A program made the translations under genes and the position numbers. Of a DNA stretch of 64,000 bases, positions 9,974 to 18,233 are shown one piece after another (within the stretch, counting starts at the first letter, position 1; the number at the start of each line of letters is the position of its first letter). Source of the DNA: Acidobacteriota bacterium (GTDB lineage: Bacteria; Acidobacteriota; Thermoanaerobaculia; Gp7-AA8); assembly GCA_019244185.1 (NCBI GenBank), contig JAFATB010000022.1:288001-352000 (forward strand), written 5' to 3'. The notes under the pieces were generated by a model. That model did no database searches. It was not told the origin of the DNA and saw only the letters and a list, made by a program, of their open reading frames with translations.

Positions 9974-11457
9974 CGCAGCCACACGTACGACGGCAGCGAG
10001 AACGAGCCGTCCGCGTTCGAGAAATCCGAAACGACATACCCTGACAAACGATCGGCGTTGCGCCGCACGCGCAGCTCGACGCGATGCGGATGTCCGGCCG
10101 CTTCTTCCGCGGGCACGTTCGCGATGAACGTTCCGCCGAAGTAGCCTTCCTGCGGGCTGACGGCGAGCAGCGTCTCCGGTTGTTCGCCGACGCGCACGTG
10201 CACGTCGCCGTCGTCCTGGAAGAGGAGGCGAATCGGCAGCTTCGTCTGCGCGTTCTGGATCTCTCCGCGCCACTCGCCCTTCAGCGCGGCGCGATCCGCG
10301 TACGGCGCGTTCGCCCACGCCTCGTACTCGCCGATGCCTTCCTCGAGGTTGTGCTGGAAGCCGGGACGCAGCGCGTCCATGATGCGGAACGCGAGCTCGT
10401 CGCAGCGGCCGCCCGTCGCGTTGATGAGGCAGATCGCCGCCTGCTGCGCCGCCGGAAACAGCAGGAGCGTCGATTGCGCGCCGCCCGCGCGTCCGTCGCT
10501 GAGCAGATACGTTCCGTCGGCGAGCGCGATGTTGCCGATGCCGTACGCGAGCGGCGCGTGCTCGAAACCGCTGCGATGGGTTTGCATCAGCCGCAGCGTC
10601 TCCGGCTTCACGAACGCATCGCCGCCGCCGGCATGCAGCCGCGCGAAACGCACGAGATCCTCCACGCTCGCGTACATCGACAGCGAGCTTTCCGGCACGT
10701 CGAACGAAGGCGGCAGCAGCGTGCCGTCGCCGGTGTAATGCAGCGCGGCCGGCTCGCGCGACGGGCCGACGAAACTCTGCGTCATGCCGAGGGGAGGGAA
10801 GAAGCGCTCGTTCATGAAATCGCGGTACGGCTGTTTGGCCGCGCCGGCGATGACCTCTTCGGCGATGCCGACGCTCATGTTCGAGTACATCGGCACGGAG
10901 CCCGGCGCGAAGATCACCATGCCGCGATTGCGCACGAGGTCGGCCCGCGTGTAGCGCGCGCGTGCGGCCGCGGAGGAGAACGAGAGTCCGCCATGCGGAA
11001 TCTCGGCGGTCATGTCGAGGAGGCGTCCGACCGTGACCGCGTCCGCCGAGCCTTCGTAGATCGTCAGCTTGTTCTCGCCGAGGTAACGCGAGACGGGCGC
11101 GTCGAGCGCGACGAGGTGCTGATCGACGAAACGCATCACCGCCGTCGCCGTGATGGACTTGCCGAGCGACGCGAGCAGATACGGCGTGTCCGGCGTGGCG
11201 GCCTTCTTCTGCTCGCGGTCGCGCCAGCCGATCGACTCTTCCCAGATCGTCTTTCCGGAGTCGACGACCGCGATGGAGATCGACGGAATCTTGCCGTTCC
11301 GCACGAGCGCGACGAGCTCGGCGCGGAGTGCCGCAAGGCGCGCGTCCGCCGCGGTGCAGGTCGTGATCGGCACCGGTTCCGTTTGCGTTTGCGCGCATGG
11401 GGCAGCACGGAGCGGGAGCGCGGCGGCGGCGAAGAGAAGCAGAACAGCAGCTCGCAT
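9961..11457 (-). CDS. Secreted serine hydrolase, beta-lactamase class C/AmpC-like family
   Basis: Signal peptide MRAAVLLLFAAAALPLRA from ATG 11457. SxxK (ASLGK) and YxN (YSN) motifs. The ORF-track N-terminal extension is antisense to cheB. Confidence 0.85.
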   Translation of the reverse strand: MRAAVLLLFAAAALPLRAAPCAQTQTEPVPITTCTAADARLAALRAELVALVRNGKIPSISIAVVDSGKTIWEESIGWRDREQKKAATPDTPYLLASLGKSITATAVMRFVDQHLVALDAPVSRYLGENKLTIYEGSADAVTVGRLLDMTAEIPHGGLSFSSAAARARYTRADLVRNRGMVIFAPGSVPMYSNMSVGIAEEVIAGAAKQPYRDFMNERFFPPLGMTQSFVGPSREPAALHYTGDGTLLPPSFDVPESSLSMYASVEDLVRFARLHAGGGDAFVKPETLRLMQTHRSGFEHAPLAYGIGNIALADGTYLLSDGRAGGAQSTLLLFPAAQQAAICLINATGGRCDELAFRIMDALRPGFQHNLEEGIGEYEAWANAPYADRAALKGEWRGEIQNAQTKLPIRLLFQDDGDVHVRVGEQPETLLAVSPQEGYFGGTFIANVPAEEAAGHPHRVELRVRRNADRLSGYVVSDFSNADGSFSLPSYVWLRKAE

Positions 11458-11550
11458 GTACGACGAGTATCGTACGGTGGAACTAGTAGTCGCTGTCACA
11501 TTCCTGCGGCGATGAGGGCCGGCGTTTTTCTCCACTAGAATGTGCGCCGC

Positions 11551-12612
11551 GTGCCGCCCACCTCTTCTTCCCCGATCCGCGCGCTGGTCATCGATGACTC
11601 GGCCTACAACCGCGTGACGCTCACGCGCATGCTCGAGACCGAGCCGCGCATCAGCGTCGTGGGCACCGCGGTCAACGGCGAAGACGGGATCAAGCAGGTG
11701 ATGAAGCTGCGGCCCGACGTGATCACGCTCGATCTCGAGATGCCGATCATGGACGGCTTCGCGTTCCTGCGCTGGCTGATGGCGAACCTGCCCACCGCGG
11801 TCATCGCCGTGTCGTCGCGCGCGAGCGACCGCAGCGTGTTCAAGGCGCTCGAGCTCGGCGCGCTCGACTTCATCGCCAAACCGGGCGGCCGCGTCTCGCC
11901 GCGTCTCGAGGAAATCGAAAAGGATCTCGTTTCGAAAGTGATGCAGGTGGCGGAGCTCTCGATGGAGAACCTCCGCCGCCGCGCGCAGGAAGAAGAAGCC
12001 GCGCCGTCGACGCCGGCGACGATGCCCGACAGCTGTCCGAAAGGCGTGCAGCTCATCGCCATCGGCTGCTCGACCGGCGGTCCGCCCGCGCTGCAGCATC
12101 TCTTTCAGTCGATGCCGCAGCTGCCGGTGCCGTTCGTCGTCGCACAGCACATGCCGCCGACGTTCACGCGCCTCTTCGCCGAACGGGTCAACAAGTTGAC
12201 TGCTTTCGAAGTGAAGGAAGGCCACGACGGCGAGATGCTCGTGCCGGGCACCGTCTACATCGCGCCGGGCGGCATGCAGAGCGAGGTGCGCCGCACCGGC
12301 GAGGCGCTGCAGCTGCGCGTCACGCCGGCGGGGAGCGGCGATCTGTACGCGCCGTCGGTCGACCGCCTCTTCCGCAGCGCGAGCGATGCGTGCCGCGAGC
12401 GGCTCGTCGCGGTGATCATGACGGGCATGGGCGACGACGGTTCGGAGGCGATCCGCGACGTGCACGATCGCGGCGGAAAGACGATCGCGGAGTCGGCCGA
12501 AAGCGCGATCATCTTCGGCATGCCGTCCGAGGCGATCAAGACCGGAGCGGTGGACGAAGTGCTGCCGCTCGCGCAGATCGGCAACGCCATCCAGCGCCTC
12601 TGCATGGGTTGA
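11551..12612 (+). CDS. cheB: Chemotaxis methylesterase CheB (receiver + methylesterase)
   Basis: Receiver VIDDS..TLDLEMP. Catalytic motifs GCSTGGP, AQHMP, MTGMGDDG. Start is GTG 11551 or 11542. Confidence 0.95.
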   Translation: MPPTSSSPIRALVIDDSAYNRVTLTRMLETEPRISVVGTAVNGEDGIKQVMKLRPDVITLDLEMPIMDGFAFLRWLMANLPTAVIAVSSRASDRSVFKALELGALDFIAKPGGRVSPRLEEIEKDLVSKVMQVAELSMENLRRRAQEEEAAPSTPATMPDSCPKGVQLIAIGCSTGGPPALQHLFQSMPQLPVPFVVAQHMPPTFTRLFAERVNKLTAFEVKEGHDGEMLVPGTVYIAPGGMQSEVRRTGEALQLRVTPAGSGDLYAPSVDRLFRSASDACRERLVAVIMTGMGDDGSEAIRDVHDRGGKTIAESAESAIIFGMPSEAIKTGAVDEVLPLAQIGNAIQRLCMG

Positions 12613-12701
12613 GCGGCGTTACGCCGAATCGCAACAACTTCCTGTTCGCCCGCTCACGACGCTGTGCTACATTCAGCCGACTCGCGCGGGTCCCACGAGA
12701 G

Positions 12702-13505
12702 ATGAGCGAAGAACAAAGAGCGGAAAAGTTCCTGGAGCTGTTCAACAAGGGCAAGGAGTTCACCGAGGAATTGCTTCGGGAGAACCAGCGCCTGCGTTAC
12801 CGGCTCGCGGCGCTCGAGACCGAATCGGTCGCGCCGGAGGAAGTGCAGCGCCTGCGCGAGCAGATCTCGCAGCTCACCGAGGAGAACCGCCGCATCCAGC
12901 AGCGCTTCCGCGAAGTCGAGGAAGAGAACAAGGACTTCGCGAACCGCTACATCGAGATCGAAGAGCAGAACAACAACCTCGCGAACCTCTACGTCGCGAG
13001 CTATCAGCTCCATTCGACGCTCGACTTCCGCGAGGTCATTCAGATCGTCCAGGAGATCATCATCAATCTCGTCGGCGCGGAGGCGTTCGCGATCCTCCTG
13101 CTCGACGAGAAGACGAACGAGCTCAAAGCGATCGCGTACGAGGGCGAAGACGTCATGCCCGGCGTTGACGCGATCTCCACGCGCCTCGGCGAAGGCGTGC
13201 TCGGCACGGTCGCGAAGACCGGCGAGAGCTACTACGTGAACCAGGACGTCGAGGGCGGCGCCATCACCATCGACAAGCCGCTCGCCGCCGTGCCGCTGAA
13301 GATCAAGGAGCACGTGATCGGTCTCATCGTGATCTACAAGCTCCTCCAGCAAAAAGACTCGTTCTCGGCCGTCGACTACGAGCTCTTCTCGCTGCTGGCC
13401 GCGCACGCCGCGACCGCGATCTTCTCATCCAAACTCTATTCGCAGTCCGAGAGGAAGCTGAACACGATCCAGAGCTTCCTCGATCTGCTCACGACGACAA
13501 GTTAG
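12702..13505 (+). CDS. Coiled-coil + GAF domain protein
   Basis: ATG 12702. Glu/Gln-rich heptads followed by a GAF domain (LHSTLDF, GEGVLGTVA, AVPLKIKEHVIGLI). Confidence 0.8.
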   Translation: MSEEQRAEKFLELFNKGKEFTEELLRENQRLRYRLAALETESVAPEEVQRLREQISQLTEENRRIQQRFREVEEENKDFANRYIEIEEQNNNLANLYVASYQLHSTLDFREVIQIVQEIIINLVGAEAFAILLLDEKTNELKAIAYEGEDVMPGVDAISTRLGEGVLGTVAKTGESYYVNQDVEGGAITIDKPLAAVPLKIKEHVIGLIVIYKLLQQKDSFSAVDYELFSLLAAHAATAIFSSKLYSQSERKLNTIQSFLDLLTTTS

Positions 13506-13530
13506 GTAAGAAGAGGTTCGACCGGTGGGG

Positions 13531-13908
13531 ATGGAGAACGCCAATTTTCTGGTCGTCGAAGACTCGCCGACCATGCGGCAGTTGATCTCGTTTTCCTTGA
13601 AGCGTTTCAAGAACGCGAAGATCATCGAGGCGGTCGACGGCGTCGACGCGCTGAAGAAATTGTCCGGTCCCGACAAGATCGATCTGATCCTCACCGACAT
13701 CAACATGCCGGTGATGGACGGACTGAAGCTCGTGTCGCTCGTCCGCCAAAACTCGCAGCTCCGGAACATCCCGATCATCATCATCACCACCGAGGGTGCG
13801 GAAGAGGATCGCGAGCGCGGCCTGGCGCTCGGCGCGAACGCGTACATCAGCAAGCCGATCCAGAGCTCGCATCTGATCAAGACCATCTCCGAGCTGCTCT
13901 CGGTCTGA
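13531..13908 (+). CDS. cheY: CheY-like response regulator
   Basis: LVVEDS; ILTDINMPVMDG; YISKP. Alternative start GTG 13525. Confidence 0.88.
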   Translation: MENANFLVVEDSPTMRQLISFSLKRFKNAKIIEAVDGVDALKKLSGPDKIDLILTDINMPVMDGLKLVSLVRQNSQLRNIPIIIITTEGAEEDRERGLALGANAYISKPIQSSHLIKTISELLSV

Positions 13909-13912
13909 GGCG

Positions 13913-15307
13913 ATGTCGCGCGAGCGGCGCATCGGTCTGCTCGCGGTTTCCGGCGGTCTTCTTTTCCTCGCAGCGCGCATTCCGCTGCTGGTCGTGCGTC
14001 CGGCGTTCTACGACGAGCGCTTCACGATGTGGCTCGTCGCGCAGTCGCCGTCGCAGATTCTGGCCGCGCTGCGGCACGACTCGGGGCCGCCGCTGTATTA
14101 CCTCCTCGTGCATTTCCTCGGCGCTCGGTCGCTCGTCGCGATCCGCGCGATCTCGTTGGTCGCGGCGGCGGGAGCGTGGATCGCGATTGCATGCGCGCGG
14201 AGAGTGGGGGAGTGGCGCTGGCTGGCGTGCATCGCGCTGGCGGTGTACCCGCCGGCGGCGCTCATGGCCATCGACGCTCGCGCGTACGCGCTCTGCGCGC
14301 TCTTCGTGACGCTCGCGCTCGTGGCGTGGGACGCCGGACGCGTCGACCTCGCGGCGCTCGCGCTCGTGGGCGCGGCGTACACGCACGACTACGCGTTCTT
14401 CTTTTTCCCGCTGCTGCTTGTGGCGGCGCGTGAGCGTCGCGTACGCGCGGCACTCGCGTTCCTCGGAGCGACGATCCTCGCGATTCCGGCGCTCTTGCTC
14501 GCGCGCGTGCAGCCGGCGGAGGCGATCGCGTGGCTGCGCGAGCTGCAACTGCCGCCGTGGCAGCCGCTGCTGAACGTGAGCTTCGCGGGGCGCTACGCGC
14601 AATCGCTCTTTCCGCCGTCGCCACCGATCGTCGTCGCGATTGCGCTGGCGATCGTCATCACGGCGGCGGTCTGCTCGCGTTCGCGTGCATTCGCGGTGGC
14701 GGTGGCGATTCCGCTGGCGTGCGCGATCGGTTTCTCGCTCGCCGGACATGGCGTGTACTTTCCGCTGCGCTTCGAGTCGGTGCTCGCGCCGGCGTTCGTG
14801 TTGTGGTTCGCGGCGGCGCTCGGGCGTTGTTCGCCGCGCATGCGGCTCGTGCTCTTCGGCGGCACGGTCGCGATCGGCGCGTGCACGATTGCGAACGGGA
14901 TTCGCGACCTCGCGAGTCGCCCGAGCGATCCGTTCGCACTCGCGGCGCGCGCAGCCGTCGCGCATGTCGCGCCGCGGGAGCCGCTCGTGGCGAGCGGCTT
15001 TCTCTGGCTGGAAACGGTTTCCGCGGGACGCGCGAACGCGATCGCGTTGCCGCGCGAACAGGCCGTGCATCCCGGCTGGCGGGCGAGGAACGGCGTGACG
15101 GCGAGCGAGCTCGACGCGCTGCCGGACGACTTCGTCTGGCTCGGCGAACGCGGCGCGCCGGAACTGCGCGCGCTCGCGTCGCGGTTCGCGCTGCAGCGTC
15201 TTTACGTGAGTCCCGAGGCGCTCGTGCTGCGCGCGAGGCGCCCGCGGGCATTTCCACGCTTGACCGGTACGTTACACTCTGACGCGCATGCCCCACTTCA
15301 TTACTGA
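13913..15307 (+). CDS. Polytopic membrane protein, probable GT-C fold glycosyltransferase
   Basis: YDE motif after the first TM, then HDSGPPLYY and ARAYAL; many TM helices. Confidence 0.6.
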   Translation: MSRERRIGLLAVSGGLLFLAARIPLLVVRPAFYDERFTMWLVAQSPSQILAALRHDSGPPLYYLLVHFLGARSLVAIRAISLVAAAGAWIAIACARRVGEWRWLACIALAVYPPAALMAIDARAYALCALFVTLALVAWDAGRVDLAALALVGAAYTHDYAFFFFPLLLVAARERRVRAALAFLGATILAIPALLLARVQPAEAIAWLRELQLPPWQPLLNVSFAGRYAQSLFPPSPPIVVAIALAIVITAAVCSRSRAFAVAVAIPLACAIGFSLAGHGVYFPLRFESVLAPAFVLWFAAALGRCSPRMRLVLFGGTVAIGACTIANGIRDLASRPSDPFALAARAAVAHVAPREPLVASGFLWLETVSAGRANAIALPREQAVHPGWRARNGVTASELDALPDDFVWLGERGAPELRALASRFALQRLYVSPEALVLRARRPRAFPRLTGTLHSDAHAPLHY

Positions 15308-15761
15308 CAAGTGCATCGGCTGCTCGGTCTGCGAGATCAAGTGCCCGACGAACACGATCTGGGGTGAGAGCAAGGGCCAGTACTACATCCATCCCGAGCG
15401 CTGCATCGACTGCTCGGTCTGCGGCATCTACTGCCCGGTCGACGCGATCCAGAACCAGCACGGCACGTTCATCAACCGCATCAAGCCGAAGGACATCCCC
15501 AAGGCGCAGGTCATCAAAGACCTCTGCACCGGCTGCGAGTTCTGCGTCGACATCTGCCCGTTCGAATGCATCCGCATGATCGACGCGGACGACGAGACGC
15601 TCGCGAACCACTACAAGATCGCCTTCGTCGACAAGAACAAATGCGTCGCCTGCCGCCTCTGCGAGAGCGTCTGCGACAAAGACGCGATCGTCGTCCCCGA
15701 AGCGCCGACGCAGCTCAAGACATACCTGCCGGACTTTGTGGTGATGGGAACGGGGAGATGA
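15288..15761 (+). CDS. Polyferredoxin with four [4Fe-4S] motifs
   Basis: CIGCSVCEIKCP, CIDCSVCGIYCP, CTGCEFCVDICP, CVACRLCESVC. Confidence 0.9.
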   Translation: MPHFITDKCIGCSVCEIKCPTNTIWGESKGQYYIHPERCIDCSVCGIYCPVDAIQNQHGTFINRIKPKDIPKAQVIKDLCTGCEFCVDICPFECIRMIDADDETLANHYKIAFVDKNKCVACRLCESVCDKDAIVVPEAPTQLKTYLPDFVVMGTGR

Positions 15762-15766
15762 GTAAG

Positions 15767-15885
15767 AAAGATGAATGAAGAACGCAGAACGCAGAATGAA
15801 GAATTGAGAAAGAGGATCGCGCGCGCGCAACGCGCGCGCCACCACAATTCTTCATTCTTCATTCTGCGTTCTTCATTCTTCATTC
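15767..15885. repeat. Palindromic heptamer-repeat element, copy 2
   Basis: Shares TGAATGAAGAACGCAGAACGCAGAATGAAGAATTGAGAAA with copy 1. (GC)n hairpin at 15819-15839, then CACCACA and an ATTCTTC/ATTCTGC heptamer right arm. Confidence 0.9.
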
Positions 15886-15900
15886 GCTTCTAACCCCCGC

Positions 15901-16752
15901 ATGTCCGACGTCCCCAAAGAGTCTCCCCGCGCCATCCTCTTCCAATTCGTCTTCTTTCCCCTCGGCATCGTCGCCGTCGCGGTCGGGATCTTTTTTCTGT
16001 TCGGCAAGCTCGCGTCGGACGAGCAGACGGTGCCGGATTACCTCAATGAGGTCCGCAGCGGCGGGCGGCACGAGCGGTGGCAGGCGGCGTATCAGCTCTC
16101 GCAGCTGATCAACGCGGGGCAGGCGAAGAAGTATCCGCATCTGGTCGACGACGTCGAGGCGGCGTATCGCGACGCGAAAGGCGACGATCCGCGCATCCGG
16201 CGCTACCTCAGCATGGTCCTCGGCAATCTCGGCGACCGGCGCGCGACGCCGCTGCTCGTCGAGGCGCTCGGCGATCCCGATCCCGAGACGCGCATTTATG
16301 CCGCACTGGCGCTCGGACGTCTGCGCGATCCGGCCGCCGTTCCGCCGCTCCTGAAGTCCTTCTCGACCGACGAGCGGGACATCCGGAAAGCCGATGCGTA
16401 CGCGCTCGGCGAGATCGGCGACGCGCGCGCGGTGCCGGCGCTCGAAACCGCGCTCAACGACGAGATCGCCGACGTCCGCTACAACGCCGCGATCGCGCTG
16501 GCGCGCTTCGGCGATACGCACGCGATCGGCGTCGTGCGCGAGATGCTCGATCGCTCGCGTCTCGATCGCGTGGCCGCGATGCGACCCGATCAGAAAGAGG
16601 AGATCGTGCTCGCCGCGATTCCGGCGCTGCTCAAGATCGCGCCCGAAGAAGTGCCCGCGCTGCTCGGACCGCTCGCCGAAAAAGATCCGTCGCTGCAGGT
16701 GCGCGCGGCCGCGAAGCAGGCCCTCGCCGAACGCGCCGCCGCGACGCGCTGA
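15901..16752 (+). CDS. Membrane-anchored HEAT repeat protein
   Basis: N-terminal TM (FVFFPLGIVAVAVGIFFLF) followed by ALG.LGD..A.P.L repeats. Confidence 0.8.
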   Translation: MSDVPKESPRAILFQFVFFPLGIVAVAVGIFFLFGKLASDEQTVPDYLNEVRSGGRHERWQAAYQLSQLINAGQAKKYPHLVDDVEAAYRDAKGDDPRIRRYLSMVLGNLGDRRATPLLVEALGDPDPETRIYAALALGRLRDPAAVPPLLKSFSTDERDIRKADAYALGEIGDARAVPALETALNDEIADVRYNAAIALARFGDTHAIGVVREMLDRSRLDRVAAMRPDQKEEIVLAAIPALLKIAPEEVPALLGPLAEKDPSLQVRAAAKQALAERAAATR

Positions 16753-16769
16753 CGAGCGCGTCAACGGCA

Positions 16770-16798
16770 TTGACAGTCTTTCCGTTTTCACCGATAGT
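16770..16798 (+). promoter_or_regulatory. Putative sigma70 promoter for the Rieske/cytochrome b operon
   Basis: TTGACA (16770-16775), 17-nt spacer, GATAGT. Preceded by an 8-bp hairpin GACGCGCT-GACG-AGCGCGTC. Confidence 0.45.
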
Positions 16799-16830
16799 TG
16801 CGCGACCGTAATCCGTCTCAGAAATCTTGC

Positions 16831-17403
16831 ATGTCTGAGCCCATCACGCCCTATCAGGTGGCCCCGAAAACTCCGCTCGCGGGGAGTGCCGCGTCGGAGA
16901 TTCGCGAGCAGGGGGAGATGACCCGCCGCTCGTTCCCGCTGGTGCTCACCACGGCGTGGGCCGCGCTCGCGGCGGCGGTCGGCGGACTGACCACCATCTT
17001 CGTCCGCTTCCTCTTCCCGAACGTCCTCTTCGAGCCCGTGCAGAAGTTCAAGGCCGGCTTTCCCGCCGATTACTCGGTGGGCGAAGTCGACGAGCGCTGG
17101 AAGGACAAGTACGGCATCTGGATGGTGCGCAATCAGGAGATGATGTACGCGCTCATCACGACGTGCACGCATCTCGGCTGCACGCCGAACTGGCTGCCGT
17201 CGCAGAACAAGTTCAAGTGCCCGTGCCACGGGAGCGGCTACTACCGGACCGGCGTCAACTTCGAAGGTCCGGCGCCGCGCCCGCTCGAGCGCGCGAAGAT
17301 TTTCATCGACGCCGCCGACGGCCAGATCGTCGTCGACAAGTCGGTGCAATTCCACCAGGAACGCGGTGAATGGACCAACGCTGATTCCTTTCTAAAAGTC
17401 TAG
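16831..17403 (+). CDS. Rieske 2Fe-2S subunit of a Rieske/cytochrome b complex
   Basis: Tat-like TRRSF plus TM; CTHLGC; CPCHGSGY; GPAPRPL. Confidence 0.93.
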   Translation: MSEPITPYQVAPKTPLAGSAASEIREQGEMTRRSFPLVLTTAWAALAAAVGGLTTIFVRFLFPNVLFEPVQKFKAGFPADYSVGEVDERWKDKYGIWMVRNQEMMYALITTCTHLGCTPNWLPSQNKFKCPCHGSGYYRTGVNFEGPAPRPLERAKIFIDAADGQIVVDKSVQFHQERGEWTNADSFLKV

Positions 17404-17429
17404 GTAGCGCGCTGTAACGCGGGGGATGG

Positions 17430-18212
17430 ATGACTCTGAAGCAAGTTCAGGAAGGCATCGTCAACTCTCAGGTCTGGAAGTCGATCTTCCGGGTCGGCAT
17501 CCCCAACACCAACCGCAAGCGCGTCCTGGCCGTCCTCGGCTCCCTCATCCTCCATCTCCATCCCGTCAAAGTGCGCCGCAGCGGCGTGCGCATGAGCTAC
17601 ACGTGGTGCATGGGCGGCACCTCGTTCTTCCTCTTCCTCGTCGAGACGGTCACCGGCCTCTTGCTGATGTTCTACTACCGGCCGACGATCGAATACGCCT
17701 TCACCGACATCATGGACCTGCGCGAGCAGGCGCCGTTCGGGATCATGCGCGAGATGCACCGCTGGGGCGCGCACGCGATGGTCATCGCCGTCTGGCTGCA
17801 CATGTTCCGCGTCTTCATGACCGGTTCGTACAAGCCGCCCCGTGAGTTCAACTGGAACGTCGGCGTCATCCTCCTCGTGCTGACGCTGCTCCTCTCGTTC
17901 ACCGGTTACCTGCTGCCGTGGGATCAGCTCGCGATCTGGGCGATCACGGTCGGCTCGAACATGGCCCGCGCCAGCCCCGGCGCCGGAACGGAAGGGCCGA
18001 TGTCATCACTGATGAAGCTGGGGGACGTGCCGCTGATCCACGCCGGCGACGACGCGCGCTTCGCGCTCATCGCCGGACGCTCGATCGGCGCGGCCACGCT
18101 CCTGCGCTTCTACGTGCTGCACTGCATGGTCATTCCGCTGGCCGCGGGGTTCCTCATGGCCATTCACTTCTGGCGCGTGCGGAAGGACGGAGGGATTTCC
18201 GGCCCGCTGTAG
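17430..18212 (+). CDS. Cytochrome b6-like N-terminal subunit of a split cytochrome b
   Basis: HRWGAHAM..WLH; FTGYLLPWDQ; H-x14-H in helix D; WCMGG; ends GISGPL. Confidence 0.93.
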   Translation: MTLKQVQEGIVNSQVWKSIFRVGIPNTNRKRVLAVLGSLILHLHPVKVRRSGVRMSYTWCMGGTSFFLFLVETVTGLLLMFYYRPTIEYAFTDIMDLREQAPFGIMREMHRWGAHAMVIAVWLHMFRVFMTGSYKPPREFNWNVGVILLVLTLLLSFTGYLLPWDQLAIWAITVGSNMARASPGAGTEGPMSSLMKLGDVPLIHAGDDARFALIAGRSIGAATLLRFYVLHCMVIPLAAGFLMAIHFWRVRKDGGISGPL

Positions 18213-18233
18213 GGCGGGCCGGAGGAATCGACG

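Noticed and set aside
11458-12465. ORF-track N-terminal extensions (9961-12465, 36777-40838, 44914-46581, 60596-63232, 25757-27112, 33052-34584)
   Set aside because: The extensions overlap other real genes; downstream starts give coherent N-termini and stop/start coupling.
9846-15885. Heptamer repeats as a CRISPR array
   Set aside because: No unique spacers between constant 23-47-nt repeats, and no cas genes.
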